Origin: a virus
Taxonomy: Duplodnaviria; Caudoviricetes
DNA length: 35,304 bases
IMG/VR virus record: IMGVR_UViG_3300014656_000080
Location: 1 to 35,304 of that record
Direction: 5' to 3' (one strand)
A program made the translations under genes and the position numbers. Under the pieces are notes generated by a model. That model did no database searches. It was not told the DNA's origin and saw only the letters and a program-made list of their open reading frames with translations. Of this stretch, positions 7,583 through 16,949 are shown piece by piece (positions within the stretch are counted from its first letter, which is position 1; each line of letters starts with the position of its first letter).

Positions 7583-8713
7583 CTACTCTGTGAGATAGGA
7601 AAGGGTAACCGTACCCATTACATTCTTATAATACCAATCAGTGGCAACAGAATTGGCTTCAGGGGCGGTTAAACTAAGATCCTCCACCCCATCAACCGAT
7701 TTTATAACTTTGTGTAATTCTGCCCAGATCAATGTTTTCCCGATATCCAGACTTTGAAAATAATCATCAATCGCTTGTTTGATCAGAACCTCAATCGCAG
7801 TTTGGTCCTCATCTTCATCCACGGTAACGGTAGCCGTCACTGGGATTATATCCAAAGAAACGGCATAGACCGTCAGAATTATTCCGGCACCTTTCCACCC
7901 GGGAACTTTCTCGCCATCATCGTCGGTGTACCCATAAAGTTCCTTGGTGGCCTTTGCGATCAGTTCTGTTGAGGCCCCATCCACCCCATTCCACAAATAT
8001 ACATTTACATACCCGACATCTCCGGCTGGATCGTCGTCAATGCAGGGCTCATGAACAATATATTTTACGACCTCTTCGGTTATATTGTCATAATCGTCGG
8101 TTATATTGACAATTGAGGTTCCATATTCGATGGATGATTTAGTGGAACGGGCCAAAGTGTTAAGCCATTGTTGAAACCGCAATTTCCGCTCTAAATCGGT
8201 TTCTTCATCTGAACCAGTGGTAAAAGCCGAAGGGTTTGAAACACTAACAATTGCATCGTCCAGAGTTGAAACGATTTCGGTGATCACACTGGTAAGGCAA
8301 TTCGTTTCTTCACCGGTGTCAGAACAAACGACATAAACATACCCCTGAGTTTCACTGGAAGCGATGGTAAAATCTTCTTGTGTTTCATAAACATAATCGC
8401 CACCAGGGATTTGTACCTGGGTTCCTTTTGGTATGGTCACCTCAGAAGTTCCCGATTTTTGAAACAAAACATATCCACTGGCGGCGGCTTCTGCCGTGCG
8501 GTCAAATGAAAACGTTTTATAAATGGCAACAGGAACGGCCTCATAAAGGCCTTTCAACATGGCCTGATAGTATTGGTCAATTTCGGTGGCCGTAGCTTCC
8601 AAAACTGTCCGGACTTTTGAACCGATGTTAAAATCAGTCAGATCATCGGACATTGCCGTCATCCGGTTGATCATAGATGCCATGATACTATCATGGGACT
8701 TTATCTGAAACAT
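7583..8713 (-). CDS. Baseplate J-like wedge protein
   Basis: TDFNIGSKVRTVLEA, TIPKGTQV, GSDEETDLERKLRF and IKSVDGVED motifs. Confidence 0.92.
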   Translation of the reverse strand: MFQIKSHDSIMASMINRMTAMSDDLTDFNIGSKVRTVLEATATEIDQYYQAMLKGLYEAVPVAIYKTFSFDRTAEAAASGYVLFQKSGTSEVTIPKGTQVQIPGGDYVYETQEDFTIASSETQGYVYVVCSDTGEETNCLTSVITEIVSTLDDAIVSVSNPSAFTTGSDEETDLERKLRFQQWLNTLARSTKSSIEYGTSIVNITDDYDNITEEVVKYIVHEPCIDDDPAGDVGYVNVYLWNGVDGASTELIAKATKELYGYTDDDGEKVPGWKGAGIILTVYAVSLDIIPVTATVTVDEDEDQTAIEVLIKQAIDDYFQSLDIGKTLIWAELHKVIKSVDGVEDLSLTAPEANSVATDWYYKNVMGTVTLSYLTE

Positions 8714-11134
8714 TTAATTCCCTCCTATTACAAAATTGAGATCTGTCGCTGTATTACTGCTGACAGATTCCACCTTTACTGAAAATTTGATACTGTCACC
8801 GGCGGTAACGCCATAAACACTTTTAATGCTGTCTATCCGTGGTTCTCTTTGCAGGGCCTCAACCAGGGCAGCCTTTGCAAGGACTCTGGTCGATGGTGTG
8901 TTTTTCTCACCGATAACGGCAAGCAGACCACACCCATATTTGGGATGGATAATCAAACTTTCATAATCACTCACTACCCGATGGATAATCGCCTGTTTCA
9001 GGTTTTCAAGACCTGTCGTCAAAGAAAGATCGCCATCTTTAACATCGAGGAACCCGAATTCATTTAGAGTCAGATCCCCACCATAAATCTCGGTATCACT
9101 TTGAACGGCATTTGCGCTATCACCACTCATTACTGGAACCTTGAGTTCGATTCCTGGAGTAAGGTTGGTCAAATTCGTTTCTGTATTAAATATTTTCACT
9201 TCATCACCAAACAGGAAGCCAACAGAATATCCATCGACGGTGACATAATTTTCGAGATAATCCACGGAACTGACGGTATAAGACTGAGCTTCTGTTTTAC
9301 CGGAGATGAATAAAGTATATCCGACAAAAATATCTTTGACTGCAGCTACCGGAAACTTTTGAAGGCCCGGAGAAACGTTTGAAGTGAGTGTAGTTTTTCC
9401 GTCATAAACTCCAGAACCAACAAGGTTTGTATACCGGACCACTGATATTGGAGCAGTAAAAAGTTGACTAATTGTTTCATAGAAGGTGATAATTTTGCCC
9501 TTAATTTCTTTAACCTGAACACTTTGTTGGTGACCATACGCATCTTTTAATTCCAACACACAACCGACTTCGGCGTACCGGGTCGGCACATCGATATTAA
9601 GTTCCAAACTTGTAGAGCCATGGTAAAGGTCTTTGCTAACGGTAAAAGTGGTGAGAGGTACGTTCATGGAAGCTGCATTTTCAATCACAATGTCATTTGC
9701 AGCAGCAATTTCTGTCCACCGGTCTACTTGGCCAAATTCCTGATAAGCAATATCTATGAGTGATTGCCCGGTTTTGACCAGCACCGTTTTAAACTGAGAA
9801 ATCTTTGTAAGATTTTCATCATAGTCATCATCTGAGGCCAAAGATTTATCAAGGGTGATTGTGTTGAGCGTAGTTTCAATTGCATTGTAAACTTCATCCA
9901 ATGTGTATGAATCCGCCGACCTGGTAATACCCCGTAAAGTGACCAAGGTAGTATCAAGGGTGCTGCTCACAACAACCGGTGTCTCAGGCGAAGAAAAAAC
10001 ATTCGACAAATTATCATCTTCATGTTTGATGCCGATTGTCGTTGAGATGCCACCTTGTCTGGATGCTTCTTTCAATTCAGAGATAAAAAGAACCGTATTG
10101 CCTGTGCTATCAGACAAAGATCCGGCTTCAATACCATGGGTGGCCGCACAATCGGTGATGCCACTAATGGCTGAAAAATCAGGCAACCAGGATTCTTGGA
10201 TACCATTGGCCAAATAGCAGTTGAATTCGCCAAGAACAGTTGAAAGCTGGTTCAATTCTATCATTATATCAAGGTCCAGATTTTGGATAATGGTCTGGGC
10301 ATCTCTAACGGCATCCAAAGTTGAGGAAATTGTGCTTGTAATGCCATATAAGAAATTTGCGATATCGGCGGCTCCGGAGGAAACCGTATTGATAACGTCC
10401 ACGGCATCTTGAATAAAAGTTCCAAACGTTTGGCAAACTGAAGTCGTAAAAGCAGATACTTTGGCAGCCAGGGCCGTTGCCCGACTGACTAAAGTGGTGA
10501 GCCAGTTCCGTGACTGGATCTTATTGGTTACTGCAGAGGTTTGGGCATGGGAAACATCTCCCATGTCAGTAATGATTTTGAAGGTCAAATTGTATTGGTA
10601 TAATAACGGTTTTACTTTGTTCCGAAGCAATTGAAAATCAACCGGAATAATTTCAAAAACAAGATCATCCACATTATTGATAATGACCAGTTTAATATCG
10701 CTTGGATCTTGCTGGTTTTTTAGTTTATCAAGTCGCAATTCAAAATATTTATTGATAAAATTTCGGTGTAACAGATTAAATGCTTCATACCCATCCACAT
10801 TCTGGACTCCAGGACGGGCGCGCCAACCAGTTGTCCCTCTAATATTAAGAGTGGCCAGTCCAAGTCCAAATTCATCAATGAAGGGGTCACCAAGGGTTTG
10901 CGTAACTTGAACACGATGTTGCCGGGAGACGTTGAACTCTTCAGGATTAACGGGGAAAATAAATTCATTTGATGATGGAAGCGCACCCCTGATACTGCCA
11001 TCGGTGTAAAGGCGCAGAGAGACTTTTTTCTGATACTGACTGTGGCTCGGTGTGGCTGAATTTGAGCTTGACTCAGAAGCACTCAAATCAGTTAAGGTTA
11101 AAGATGCTGGATAGTATTTTGTGACGTTAAACAT
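8714..11134 (-). CDS. Fused baseplate protein: tube-initiator-like N-terminus, LysM domain and C-terminal gp25/GPW-like sheath initiator (806 aa)
   Basis: N-terminal FPVNPEEFNV...QTLG..FIDEFG...IRGTTGW; LysM VKTGQSLIDIAYQEFGQVDRWTEIAAAN; C-terminal GDLSLTTGLENLKQAIIHR...HPKYG...EPRI. Confidence 0.8.
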   Translation of the reverse strand: MFNVTKYYPASLTLTDLSASESSSNSATPSHSQYQKKVSLRLYTDGSIRGALPSSNEFIFPVNPEEFNVSRQHRVQVTQTLGDPFIDEFGLGLATLNIRGTTGWRARPGVQNVDGYEAFNLLHRNFINKYFELRLDKLKNQQDPSDIKLVIINNVDDLVFEIIPVDFQLLRNKVKPLLYQYNLTFKIITDMGDVSHAQTSAVTNKIQSRNWLTTLVSRATALAAKVSAFTTSVCQTFGTFIQDAVDVINTVSSGAADIANFLYGITSTISSTLDAVRDAQTIIQNLDLDIMIELNQLSTVLGEFNCYLANGIQESWLPDFSAISGITDCAATHGIEAGSLSDSTGNTVLFISELKEASRQGGISTTIGIKHEDDNLSNVFSSPETPVVVSSTLDTTLVTLRGITRSADSYTLDEVYNAIETTLNTITLDKSLASDDDYDENLTKISQFKTVLVKTGQSLIDIAYQEFGQVDRWTEIAAANDIVIENAASMNVPLTTFTVSKDLYHGSTSLELNIDVPTRYAEVGCVLELKDAYGHQQSVQVKEIKGKIITFYETISQLFTAPISVVRYTNLVGSGVYDGKTTLTSNVSPGLQKFPVAAVKDIFVGYTLFISGKTEAQSYTVSSVDYLENYVTVDGYSVGFLFGDEVKIFNTETNLTNLTPGIELKVPVMSGDSANAVQSDTEIYGGDLTLNEFGFLDVKDGDLSLTTGLENLKQAIIHRVVSDYESLIIHPKYGCGLLAVIGEKNTPSTRVLAKAALVEALQREPRIDSIKSVYGVTAGDSIKFSVKVESVSSNTATDLNFVIGGN

Positions 11135-11145
11135 TCGTCCCTCCG

Positions 11146-12255
11146 TTAAGATGCCATAGTTTCAGATGTGGCAGCCAATGAAATGTCTGGCGGTGAAGCA
11201 AGCGATGCTGTTTGGTTCGGCGTTGTAGTTGTGCCGGCAGGATCATCATGGTTATGGTCATGTTCATTCAGCCAAGTATTTAGGGAGGAAACAAGGGTTC
11301 CCATGTAAGTATGGGTTCGTTCGTCTAACAATTTGTAAAGGGTGCTGGTTCCAAGGTCGATATTACCCGATTTAATCTCGGCATGGGTCGAAACGATTGT
11401 AACCTTACCAGAAGCATCAACTGTGATCGTCGTACCACTGGAATGGCCTATATGGACTTGTGCTGTGGACTCGTCACCTGATGCCGGGGGGTCATTGGCA
11501 CTGTCGATTGTTTTGCCCCCGGCAGTTGCCTTGGCAATGTCGTCAATGTCCGGCCCAATTGAGATCCATGTGCCACTTCGATGAGACACTTTAATTTCAC
11601 CGTCATGGCCCATAAAAACCCGGGAACCTGTGGTATGCTGAAAATAATATCCTTTCCGGTCTTCTTTTTTAAGTTGGAACGGAGTCTTTTCTGCATCCCG
11701 GTTCTGGTCTGAAAGGTCTGTGAGGTTCCGAGTCCCACCTTTTTTGACAACTTTAAAATAAGAATGGTCCGGATAACGAATTTCTTCTTCACTGGAAACA
11801 TCTTCTCCTCCGTTCTCGGATACTGTGTCTCCTGTGATCCGGTGGTATCTGTCACCTTCATGGCGATCCAATTTTTGATTGGTACCTACCGAATCGGGAA
11901 AACTTAATTGGTTCTCATCGGGGTACATAAAGCCCAAAACAACCGGTATGGTACCAATGCCCTCAACAAACCCGATAATGGCGTATATATCCCTTTTATC
12001 GTATCCCACGGGGGTATCATAACCGTCTTCATCTTCTGTTTTAGGGTTGTGAGGTTTTGGTAAGTGGCTCAACCCGCTTGATGAAGAAGCAAAAGAGGTA
12101 AGGACCGGAACATTATAATGGACCCCAGAACCATTCACCATTGTGATATCAACCGTTTTGGCCTCTGGATCGGAGGCAATTACTTTACCGAGCCGAATAG
12201 AATCCTGCCAGTTTTTTGGCGATTTGTTTGGGTTTTTTCGAAGTGCTTCTTGCAT
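11146..12255 (-). CDS. Baseplate central spike (gpV/gp5-like)
   Basis: N-terminal OB-fold (RLGKVIASDPEAKTVDI...PVVLGF); repeated H-x-[ST]-G-[ST] beta repeats; C-terminal HDHNH metal-binding apex motif. Confidence 0.8.
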   Translation of the reverse strand: MQEALRKNPNKSPKNWQDSIRLGKVIASDPEAKTVDITMVNGSGVHYNVPVLTSFASSSSGLSHLPKPHNPKTEDEDGYDTPVGYDKRDIYAIIGFVEGIGTIPVVLGFMYPDENQLSFPDSVGTNQKLDRHEGDRYHRITGDTVSENGGEDVSSEEEIRYPDHSYFKVVKKGGTRNLTDLSDQNRDAEKTPFQLKKEDRKGYYFQHTTGSRVFMGHDGEIKVSHRSGTWISIGPDIDDIAKATAGGKTIDSANDPPASGDESTAQVHIGHSSGTTITVDASGKVTIVSTHAEIKSGNIDLGTSTLYKLLDERTHTYMGTLVSSLNTWLNEHDHNHDDPAGTTTTPNQTASLASPPDISLAATSETMAS

Positions 12256-12268
12256 GGCCTTTCCCTAT

Positions 12269-13645
12269 TTATATGATAAATTCACCGTTACTATTATTTA
12301 TTTCAGTCCAGGTTTTCAAATACCCATCGCCACGTTCCACTGATACAGATGTTTGAAAACTTTCAGATCCATGTTCCAGGTTGAGTTGATGGGAAACCCC
12401 CGCTATGTAAAACTCCGGTTTCACACCGGCCCGTGTGTCAAAAGTGATATACTTCCCGGGGCGAATATCTGAATCCCCTTTTACGGTAAAGGAACCGGAT
12501 TCATAGTTGCCGTTATTCTTCATGGCCTTATGCAGTATTTTGTTCAGTTTAATAGCAAGTTCTTTTGAGGTTCCTAAATCACCCTTGTCAAAATATTCAC
12601 TGGTGTTTTCAAACTTACGGAATCCAAACCGGTTTAAACCCGCATCTTCATCATCATGTGGAATCATAATCGGGTTGGTTGTAAGGGCATCCACCGTACT
12701 TGCACTGCTCATAACCGTGGCTTTAAAAGCGGTTGTTCCGCCGATCAGGTTTTGTATCGGGTAAGTGAAAAAATAGTTTTTTACTTCAGCATCGGATCTG
12801 CTAAGGTTGAAAGATATGACACTGCTCGGTGTGATCCTAATCATGGGGTCGAGAGTCTGTTCTTCAACATCGGAATCAGGTTCAACGATATAATCATTGT
12901 CAACGGAATAATCTTTCCACGGTGTTTCCCGGAAAACCAGGGTTGGACCAGTGGATAAGTCCATTATGAAAAGCTCATTCCATGGAGCATTATCAAAATA
13001 CCGCAACAGATCCCAAACACTTCCGTCGTCTTGTGTAAGGCAAAATTGATTAACCGATCCTAAAATAGTGGTACTGGCAAGGTAATCTATTGACGGAACT
13101 CTCGGTATAAGTTCCTGAATCTCTGTCAACTGGTCTTGGGCAACAGATAAAATATCTTTAATAATCCCTGTTGGCTTCCCGGTGAGCTGTACGCCATATT
13201 TTTCTTTAAATTTCTCATGTCCGGGGAGGGCCATGAGTCTCAGATCTGAACTCAATTCTTTTAAATAATAGATCCGGGAGATCTCAAGAATTTTGCCAAA
13301 GTCCCTGCCGGAAATTGTGTACCCACGGTTTGGGCTTCCGTTGTTATCGACCATGGCACTTCTGGAAACATTATCGACAAAACCTCTCATTACAATCGGG
13401 ATCTCTATGTCTTCGTAATTCCGGGTAAAGCCGATTTCAATGTAATCCATTGGGGAAACTCGGTAATACCATGACAGGACTGGTTTTCTGTCCGTGGCCG
13501 GCAACATTGAGATTTCGAAAGAACCAGATGGATCTGCCAAAGTTTTATTGACAGAAAGTGTTTTTACCCATGGGGTCAAATCAATTTCATCTTCTCTTGT
13601 GTAGAGAGTTACTTTTACCCTGATTTTGTAAGTTGTAATTGCCAT
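12269..13645 (-). CDS. Baseplate hub / tail protein (gp27/gpD-like)
   Basis: Follows the tape measure gene; ISGRDFGKIL, PWNELF, GSFTVKGDSDIRPG and FYIAGVSH motifs. Confidence 0.8.
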   Translation of the reverse strand: MAITTYKIRVKVTLYTREDEIDLTPWVKTLSVNKTLADPSGSFEISMLPATDRKPVLSWYYRVSPMDYIEIGFTRNYEDIEIPIVMRGFVDNVSRSAMVDNNGSPNRGYTISGRDFGKILEISRIYYLKELSSDLRLMALPGHEKFKEKYGVQLTGKPTGIIKDILSVAQDQLTEIQELIPRVPSIDYLASTTILGSVNQFCLTQDDGSVWDLLRYFDNAPWNELFIMDLSTGPTLVFRETPWKDYSVDNDYIVEPDSDVEEQTLDPMIRITPSSVISFNLSRSDAEVKNYFFTYPIQNLIGGTTAFKATVMSSASTVDALTTNPIMIPHDDEDAGLNRFGFRKFENTSEYFDKGDLGTSKELAIKLNKILHKAMKNNGNYESGSFTVKGDSDIRPGKYITFDTRAGVKPEFYIAGVSHQLNLEHGSESFQTSVSVERGDGYLKTWTEINNSNGEFII

Positions 13646-13648
13646 TTT

Positions 13649-15532
13649 TTATCCCTTCCCGTTGCCGTCACCGGCAGCCGACGCACTCCCAGGAAATTTT
13701 ACACCATTAAATTTATTAGCAGCCTCTTTCATGCTGGCAGCCGACTCTTTAAAATCAGCAGCAGCCGACTTCAGATCTTCAAAATTTATGTCCCCGTATT
13801 TGGATTCATCAAACTTAATTTTTTCTCCACTTCTGGTTGTATTGGGAGCGTATTGTTTATCGGATATGAGGTTGGAATTTATGGCGCTATTTTCTCCAGC
13901 ATCCAAATTGTAATCAACAGTTTTTGCTCTTGCCTTTTCTCCTCCACCAAAATGGTCCCGGATTATTCCAACAATTTCATTTACCCCAACCACAAGGGCA
14001 GTGATCAATGGCAAGATGTCCAGGCCCAACCGTTCGAGGTTGGTATTAAAGTCCACCAAGGCAGTGGCGGTTTGTTCTTCAACGGTTTGGAGCATGCCAT
14101 GTTTTGAAACGGCATTAAAAATTTCTTCTTTTGAACTTTCTTCTGTAACTCCTTTAAGACCTTTGAGACGGGTGTCACTCAAGATTCTCTTTAACTCTTT
14201 TTTGTCCCCACCACTGTTATTAATTTCGGCCAATAATCCATATTTATCAGCACTGATTTTGCCCAAATCTCCACCGGAGGCTTTTTCCAATTGATCGAGG
14301 AAATCGTTCTGGCCAGGGCCTGCTTTCCGGAGTGCTTTCTCAAGCCCATCGGCCTGGTGCATAGAAATACCGAACATTGTTTTCATGGCATGTTGCCTTG
14401 TTCTGCCGTCCGGGAAATCCCTTTTCATTGATGCCATTACTTTTTCAAGGTTTTTATTATCCCCGAAAGCACCCTCTTCCTGCTTATATTTAAAATCATA
14501 ATAATTTTCACCGGGAGCGATGGCGTTATACATAAGCATTTCGCCGAATTCCCCACCACCGGGGTTCATAATCCCGTTATTCATCTTGGATAGGACATTT
14601 GCACCCCGGTTACCCATGAGGCCCGGGCGGCCAGATTGATTCATGCTGGTCAAGGCCCCGACCATTCCCCCGACTCCCTCGGGTTTGGTGAGCATCTGCA
14701 TTTGAGTGTTCACAAGGGTGTTAATCGAGGAAAGCACTTCGCCTTCACGGCCCTTCATACTTCCCCGAGAAACACCGTCTGCAATCAATGCAGCAAATTC
14801 GTTCGCCCTCATTTTGCCCAACGACCCGAAGGCCCCAGCATTGGCCAAACCGCCCATCTGATTAAAAGTTTGGGCCTTATCCATGCCCATACCCTTCGCC
14901 AAATTACCCATGGTATTAATCTGGCCACTCAAATGGCCTTTTTGGGTACCGGCCTGGGCAACATACGCTTGGGTATATTGGAGGAGATCTTTCCGGGCAA
15001 TACCGAGGGCCGATGAAGTTCTGGTAATACGATTGACAAATTGTTCTTGCCCATTACCAACAATACTGAGCCGTTTTGTGAGGGAATCGAGGGCTCGGTT
15101 ATATTCCATGGCGGATTGGATGCCCTTAGTAATACCGGCAGTCACAGTCAGGGCAATACCAACCGCCCCCAGAGCAGTACCAGTCATATCAACCGCACCA
15201 ACCGCACCAGGCAGTTTTCTAAGGAAGCCCCTTTTTACTGGCGGTTGGCTCCCACCTCTTCTTGGAACCGGTTGGATGGAACTGGGACGGCTGCCAGGGG
15301 GTCGTTTGTAAGTGGGCCGGTTGGGGCCTTTTCCTACTGTCGGCAATTTGCCGGTTGCGCCACTGTCCCTAAGTATGGAAGGAAGTCCGTGGCCCGCATC
15401 AGTGACACCCTTAACAGTGTTGGCTAATGATTTGAACTTTTGTTCAAGCCATTCCGTTTTACCGCCAAGAGTTTCAAGTGCTTGTGTATCAGCTTTGAAG
15501 CCGATACTGACCGTGGTTTTTTCAATTCCCAT
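13649..15532 (-). CDS. Tail tape measure protein (627 aa)
   Basis: Ala/Gly-rich helical protein with hydrophobic segments, located between the chaperone genes and the hub. Confidence 0.8.
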   Translation of the reverse strand: MGIEKTTVSIGFKADTQALETLGGKTEWLEQKFKSLANTVKGVTDAGHGLPSILRDSGATGKLPTVGKGPNRPTYKRPPGSRPSSIQPVPRRGGSQPPVKRGFLRKLPGAVGAVDMTGTALGAVGIALTVTAGITKGIQSAMEYNRALDSLTKRLSIVGNGQEQFVNRITRTSSALGIARKDLLQYTQAYVAQAGTQKGHLSGQINTMGNLAKGMGMDKAQTFNQMGGLANAGAFGSLGKMRANEFAALIADGVSRGSMKGREGEVLSSINTLVNTQMQMLTKPEGVGGMVGALTSMNQSGRPGLMGNRGANVLSKMNNGIMNPGGGEFGEMLMYNAIAPGENYYDFKYKQEEGAFGDNKNLEKVMASMKRDFPDGRTRQHAMKTMFGISMHQADGLEKALRKAGPGQNDFLDQLEKASGGDLGKISADKYGLLAEINNSGGDKKELKRILSDTRLKGLKGVTEESSKEEIFNAVSKHGMLQTVEEQTATALVDFNTNLERLGLDILPLITALVVGVNEIVGIIRDHFGGGEKARAKTVDYNLDAGENSAINSNLISDKQYAPNTTRSGEKIKFDESKYGDINFEDLKSAAADFKESAASMKEAANKFNGVKFPGSASAAGDGNGKG

Positions 15533-15812
15533 CGAAATTTACTTCCTCCCAACTTCCGGTATCATCCCTGGACTTCAGAACGTCCAAAAGTTCATCATCT
15601 TCATTCGCCCAGTCTTCCAAGGCTTTGTCGACTTCCACCGTTTCAAACTCATCCAGGGAAGGTTCACGACCTTCATCAAGTACCGTGGTATATTGTGCCA
15701 TTAAATATTCAGCTTCAATCTCGATATCCGTCATTTCAAGGTATCGAGGGTCAGTCGATGGTAAATTATACTTTTTCCGGTACCAATATCTGAGGCTCTT
15801 TGCCTCCTTCAT
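15522..15812 (-). CDS. Tail assembly chaperone, second ORF (likely expressed as a +1 frameshift fusion with the upstream ORF)
   Basis: WYRKKYNLPSTDPRYLEMT motif; overlaps the upstream TAC; frame is open back to the GCCTTTCGT site at 15867-15859. Confidence 0.75.
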   Translation of the reverse strand: MKEAKSLRYWYRKKYNLPSTDPRYLEMTDIEIEAEYLMAQYTTVLDEGREPSLDEFETVEVDKALEDWANEDDELLDVLKSRDDTGSWEEVNFDGN

Positions 15813-16149
15813 CGCCCTTGTCTTCAGTTCCAGATTGTTTTGCGAGCGCAGATGTTCTACGAAAGGCTAACACCTTAGACACAAAGGCAGCGTAAACCGC
15901 CTCCAGCTCCTCGTATGAACAGATTTCTTCCAAATCAAAGGTACTGGGCTTGGAAACAATGGAATTGGTGAGGGTTCCTAACATTGTGGCAATATTTGCG
16001 GCGGTGATGGTGGGATTTTCATTGCCAGCCAAAAGTTTGCTTGTGATGGCATCGGCTTTGAGATCATCTAACAGGTTGGGGAACTTAAAAGTGAAAGATC
16101 CAACCTCTTTGACTACTTCGGTAAACTCTTTTTCTGTGGGCTTGAGCAT
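15766..16149 (-). CDS. Tail assembly chaperone
   Basis: Position between tube and tape measure; GSFTFKFPNLLD; RBS AAGGAG. Confidence 0.8.
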   Translation of the reverse strand: MLKPTEKEFTEVVKEVGSFTFKFPNLLDDLKADAITSKLLAGNENPTITAANIATMLGTLTNSIVSKPSTFDLEEICSYEELEAVYAAFVSKVLAFRRTSALAKQSGTEDKGDEGGKEPQILVPEKV

Positions 16150-16197
16150 GGTGTTTCTCCTTCCAGTTTTTCTGTTTTGGAGTTAATAAAAATATAA

Positions 16198-16244
16198 AGT
16201 AATTATTTACTTTAATTATACTGTGAAAAATTACCTTTCGTCAA
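16198..16244 (-). promoter_or_regulatory. Sigma70-type promoter plus AGTAA-N4-TTACT operator upstream of the chaperone/tape measure genes
   Basis: Minus strand TTGACG (16244-16239), 18 bp spacer, TATAAT (16220-16215); AGTAATTATTTACT at 16198-16211. Confidence 0.75.
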
Positions 16245-16413
16245 TCTTGTTTGTGCTGAAATCGAGGCCAGAACATTTTATTGTCGCTTCTTTCCGCACC
16301 AAATTCAAAAAACCGTTATGGAATTGAAAAGTTAAAACCCCATAGAACTTTTCATTTGAGGCACTTTCAAAAAGTCGGAGGACTTCGCTTGGGTCAGTTA
16401 TTTGTTTTTTCAT
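16231..16413 (-). CDS. Small hypothetical protein (YezD/DUF2292-like)
   Basis: FYGVLTFQFHNGFLNLVRKEATIK pattern; RBS GGGGAG. Confidence 0.6.
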   Translation of the reverse strand: MKKQITDPSEVLRLFESASNEKFYGVLTFQFHNGFLNLVRKEATIKCSGLDFSTNKIDER

Positions 16414-16424
16414 TACACTCCCCC

Positions 16425-16464
16425 AAAAAAAACCCCAGGAAGGGGTTAAATCTCCTGGGGGTTT
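16425..16464 (-). terminator. Rho-independent terminator after the tail tube gene
   Basis: Minus strand CCCCAGGA-loop-TCCTGGGG followed by T8. Confidence 0.8.
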
Positions 16465-16488
16465 GTGTTAAATCGAAGAACCCTTCAA

Positions 16489-16908
16489 TTACATTTGCCC
16501 CGCAACATCCAGGGCCATGAACTGGCAATTAAATGAAATAATGGCATGTTTGGTGACTTCAATGTTTCCAGATGCGTAAGTACACGAAAGATACTTACGC
16601 ATTACTTCACCATCATCCTTGTCGAAGACTTCAATATCAAAGACATTCCCTTCAAGAACGTCTGCACCATTTTCAGGAACAAGGCCGAGCTTATAAAGGG
16701 ACGCTTTTCTTAAAGCCAATTTTCCGACAGAAATGGTGTGTCTTGCCATGGTCGGAACGTGTTCCTGAACCAGGATGTCACCGATGCCAGAGGCCCCTTC
16801 CGGGCCATAGTCATCATTCATGCTTACATTTTGAAGCAATCCGACTTCGTTGCCATCAATAACAATGCGGGCAAGGTTGGCCGAACGGACTTTCAAATTT
16901 TGTTTCAT
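16489..16908 (-). CDS. Tail tube protein
   Basis: 139 aa directly after the sheath; VGLLQNVSMNDDYGPEGASGIGDILVQEHVP typical of Twort/K-like tubes. Confidence 0.88.
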   Translation of the reverse strand: MKQNLKVRSANLARIVIDGNEVGLLQNVSMNDDYGPEGASGIGDILVQEHVPTMARHTISVGKLALRKASLYKLGLVPENGADVLEGNVFDIEVFDKDDGEVMRKYLSCTYASGNIEVTKHAIISFNCQFMALDVAGQM

Positions 16909-16949
16909 TTCTCACCTCCTAAAGTAAATAGATATTTACTGTAATGAGT

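Noticed and set aside
14636-15793. Several long plus-strand ORFs antisense to the tape measure gene (and similar ones opposite the capsid, scaffold and 893-aa genes)
   Set aside because: They are antisense shadows of well-supported genes, with no RBS or recognisable motifs.
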